From the NCBI RefSeq assembly GCF_902459465.1, contig NC_047064.1:640762-704761 (forward strand): a stretch of DNA of 64,000 nucleotides, in the 5' to 3' direction. Below are positions 61,466 to 64,000 of this stretch, piece after piece. The notes below the pieces were generated by a model. The model made no database searches and was not told the DNA's origin. It worked only from the letters and a program-made list of their open reading frames with translations. Source of the DNA: Asterias rubens (taxonomy: Eukaryota). Positions within the stretch are counted from its first letter, which is position 1; each line of letters opens with the position of its first letter. A program made the position numbers and the translations under genes.

Positions 61466-64000
61466 CTGTACAAGATCAAATCAAAACAAGTCAGATCAAA
61501 TCAGATGAAACCAAAAAGAATTGAAAGATATTTTAAAATTAAAGAATTCAGATCCAGGTTTATAAGAATTCAGATTCAGGTTTACAACTTCTCAAAGTAT
61601 GAGCAGGAGTTTCAGGCCTAATACTCCACACAGAGGCATTGCAGGCGATTCCTACTTTGCCCTTTGTCATTACCTTGGTGCTCCTTGAACTGTTTCAATA
61701 GAAATTTACAATTTCCTCATAGAGTGTGTCCTTTAACAGGGTGACACCGCCTTGATGCCTTTGCCCTTTCAAAACACAGCATCAGGTCTGCAGCTGTGAC
61801 ACAATCGTTATAACTGTTTGTTTTTTGACACTTGAGTGTTAAGTACTGTTGCTTTTTACTTTGATGTTCTGTTTTATTTCAAAAAAAGAAAGATAAGCGC
61901 AACACTGAGCTATCCTAGACTATTTCATGGAAGTAACAACTAGTCGTTATCCTTTTGATTTTGTCATTATTTCAAAGGAACCTCATCAGCAGCAGCCACA
62001 AACATGTAAGTATTAGTAAACTTCGCAAGTTTCATAATCATTGCTAGGGGTACGGGACTTCAGTCAAGTGAGTTGTTTTATTGTAAGTTGGGCTCTTTCT
62101 GAATCAGCTGCTATGGCTACATCACCATGACAACATGCATTGAAGCATTGGTTGCCCTTAGTAACACCCATAGCAACTGCCACCATTTTTGATCCTGCCT
62201 GACCTGGATTGCCGCCAGCAAACTGGTGAATCTTAAGAGCCTTGATGAAGGTGAATGGGGGCTTTTAGATACGAGACAAGACCTATACTATTGTGTACCT
62301 ATTCACTGCTACTATATTAATATACAGTTTGTATTCATATAATAATTTGTAACATTTTATGAATTCAACTTGACGTTGAGTCATGTTTACAGACCTATAT
62401 AATAACTCAAATCTCTATTCTTGGAATGACCCTAAACATGGTGATCTACAAAGAGCTGTTTCTACCGATAGGATTTGTATTGATTGGGCAATAAAGGCGT
62501 TCCCTGTATAGGGTCAGCGGGTTGAGGATTCTAGACAGATAATCTGGTTATTGATTAGGGTGATTGTATACATTGGCATTCAGGTTGGTAGACAGTTGCG
62601 TATGCGTATTTATGTGTATAAACATCAGGTCATACTATTTTTGGTGAAAATTTATGTAGGGTACGTGAAAATCACAAATAAAAAAAGAAGAAATAAACTG
62701 CTCGATTTATTGTAGAAGTACGGCTTTCACTAGGGGCTGTTCTGGTGACTGGGTGGTTTTATTCATCTACATGTAGGGTTGATTTCACAAAGAACAAACA
62801 TAATATTTGTTTTCTTTGAAAAAAGTAAGAACATTCTATTTAGTACAAGGGCCGACCTACATGTTAAGGTGGTATAGGCTATAGGCTTTAATATACTTAT
62901 TTTCAAATCACAATCATTCTGGTTTTTCCAAAGGGCATAACAATCGGACCAGTTTAGGAGCAATATTTTGGACAATATGTGGAGAACCGAACCACTATAT
63001 TTTAACTTACTGCGTCCACATTTTGCCTACATGCCACTTTCAGTTTCTGATCAAAGTAAAAAAAACAAATTGTTAAAAAACAAATTAACATTCCTTCATT
63101 TGCTATAAAATTGTACTGTCAGAACTGGTTCTACAGTACAATTTTTACAAATTTTCTCTAAAAATTCAAAATTGCATTTTAAAACTTAAATGCAAATTAA
63201 AATAAATTAAAATCCATTAATCAGAATGAAGGATTGTCAACACATGTATCCACAACACAACAGATTAAAACTAACTCTTTTGTTCCCGAACAAAAAGGCT
63301 GCATATTTAATTAAATGCCATATGTTTGCATTCAAGTGCTTACAGATTTGTTTTTGTCTACGTGGCAAGTTAAGAATTAATTACTTACAAGAACTGTGAA
63401 TACTGTAAGTAGTAAAAGCACTGAGTGACATAAATGGTCTTTTGGGCTCCACTGACATTAATTCGATAGGGAACATTAATTTTGTAGATGTTTTCATAAT
63501 TATGACCACAAAATGGCTCAAGTTATTTTCTTTTTAATGATCATCTTCAGTTTATCAACAGAATCGGGGCTTGAATTTGTTGAGAAAATCCACAAGACCA
63601 CAGGCCTTGTAGCTCCAAATACATGTACTTACAGGACCAGATTTCTTGTTTTAAATAAGACCAGAATCAAAATGATCAAACAAAACTACATCTACACACT
63701 TTAATATACAAATTGTTTTGAGGGAAGATTGATCTTATTTGTCTATGGGCAAGAAGTAAAATTTTGATTATCATCAGAATAGAAAGATACTTGACAGACT
63801 CGAGGCATTATAAGTTTGAAAACATTATATGCACCTGTGCTTCTAACTTTTAAAATAAAAAAGTCTAGCAGCAGCATTAAATATGTACATGTAATGTTGC
63901 AATCAAGTTTAATAAATGGCATTTACTGATTAAATCAACAAGATGGTTTAGCCAGTGTACCGGTTTCCATGGTTACTGTTGATGACGTTTGTAAGTAACA

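Noticed and set aside
61466-64000. Search for the N-terminal doublecortin repeat (RFYRNGD motif) of DCLK upstream of the large exon
   Set aside because: No convincing in-frame match was found by eye in the minus-strand translations of 61466-64000. The exons are presumably beyond the window or too diverged to spot without alignment.

Overview
This window is AT-rich, intron-rich eukaryotic (metazoan, invertebrate-like) nuclear DNA. It has no prokaryotic features and no CRISPR arrays. I can support three protein-coding loci. (1) A speculative three-exon gene on the minus strand (CDS 1137-3902) for a 144-aa, roughly 4-helix membrane protein. The call rests on three ORF fragments whose splice phases agree. 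(2) A type I phosphatidylinositol-4-phosphate 5-kinase (PIP5K1) gene on the plus strand. A possible ATG exon lies at 8002, and well-supported exons run from 12505 to the stop at 43701. At least 13 coding exons are separated by introns up to 9 kb. (3) The 3' two-thirds of a doublecortin-like kinase (DCLK) gene on the minus strand. It has four coding exons (54912-61465) and is convergent with PIP5K. The N-terminal doublecortin exons lie beyond the exon start at 61465. The remaining sequence is dense in repeats. At least five MITE-like inverted-repeat families are present, and several show TTAAAG flanks. A tRNA-derived SINE family occurs in at least five copies. Many intronic minisatellites have unit lengths of 16-33 bp, and there is one ~640-bp satellite block. 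Several features stand out. A perfect 241-bp palindrome is joined to a 1948-bp unit that is tandemly repeated 1.5 times at apparent 100% identity. A 917-bp segment is duplicated 6 kb away. Two short tandem triplications copy PIP5K exon-intron boundaries, with 98-bp and 184-bp units. Long near-perfect hairpins sit in PIP5K introns. All coordinates were derived by hand from the printed sequence and the ORF track. Nothing was checked against a database.
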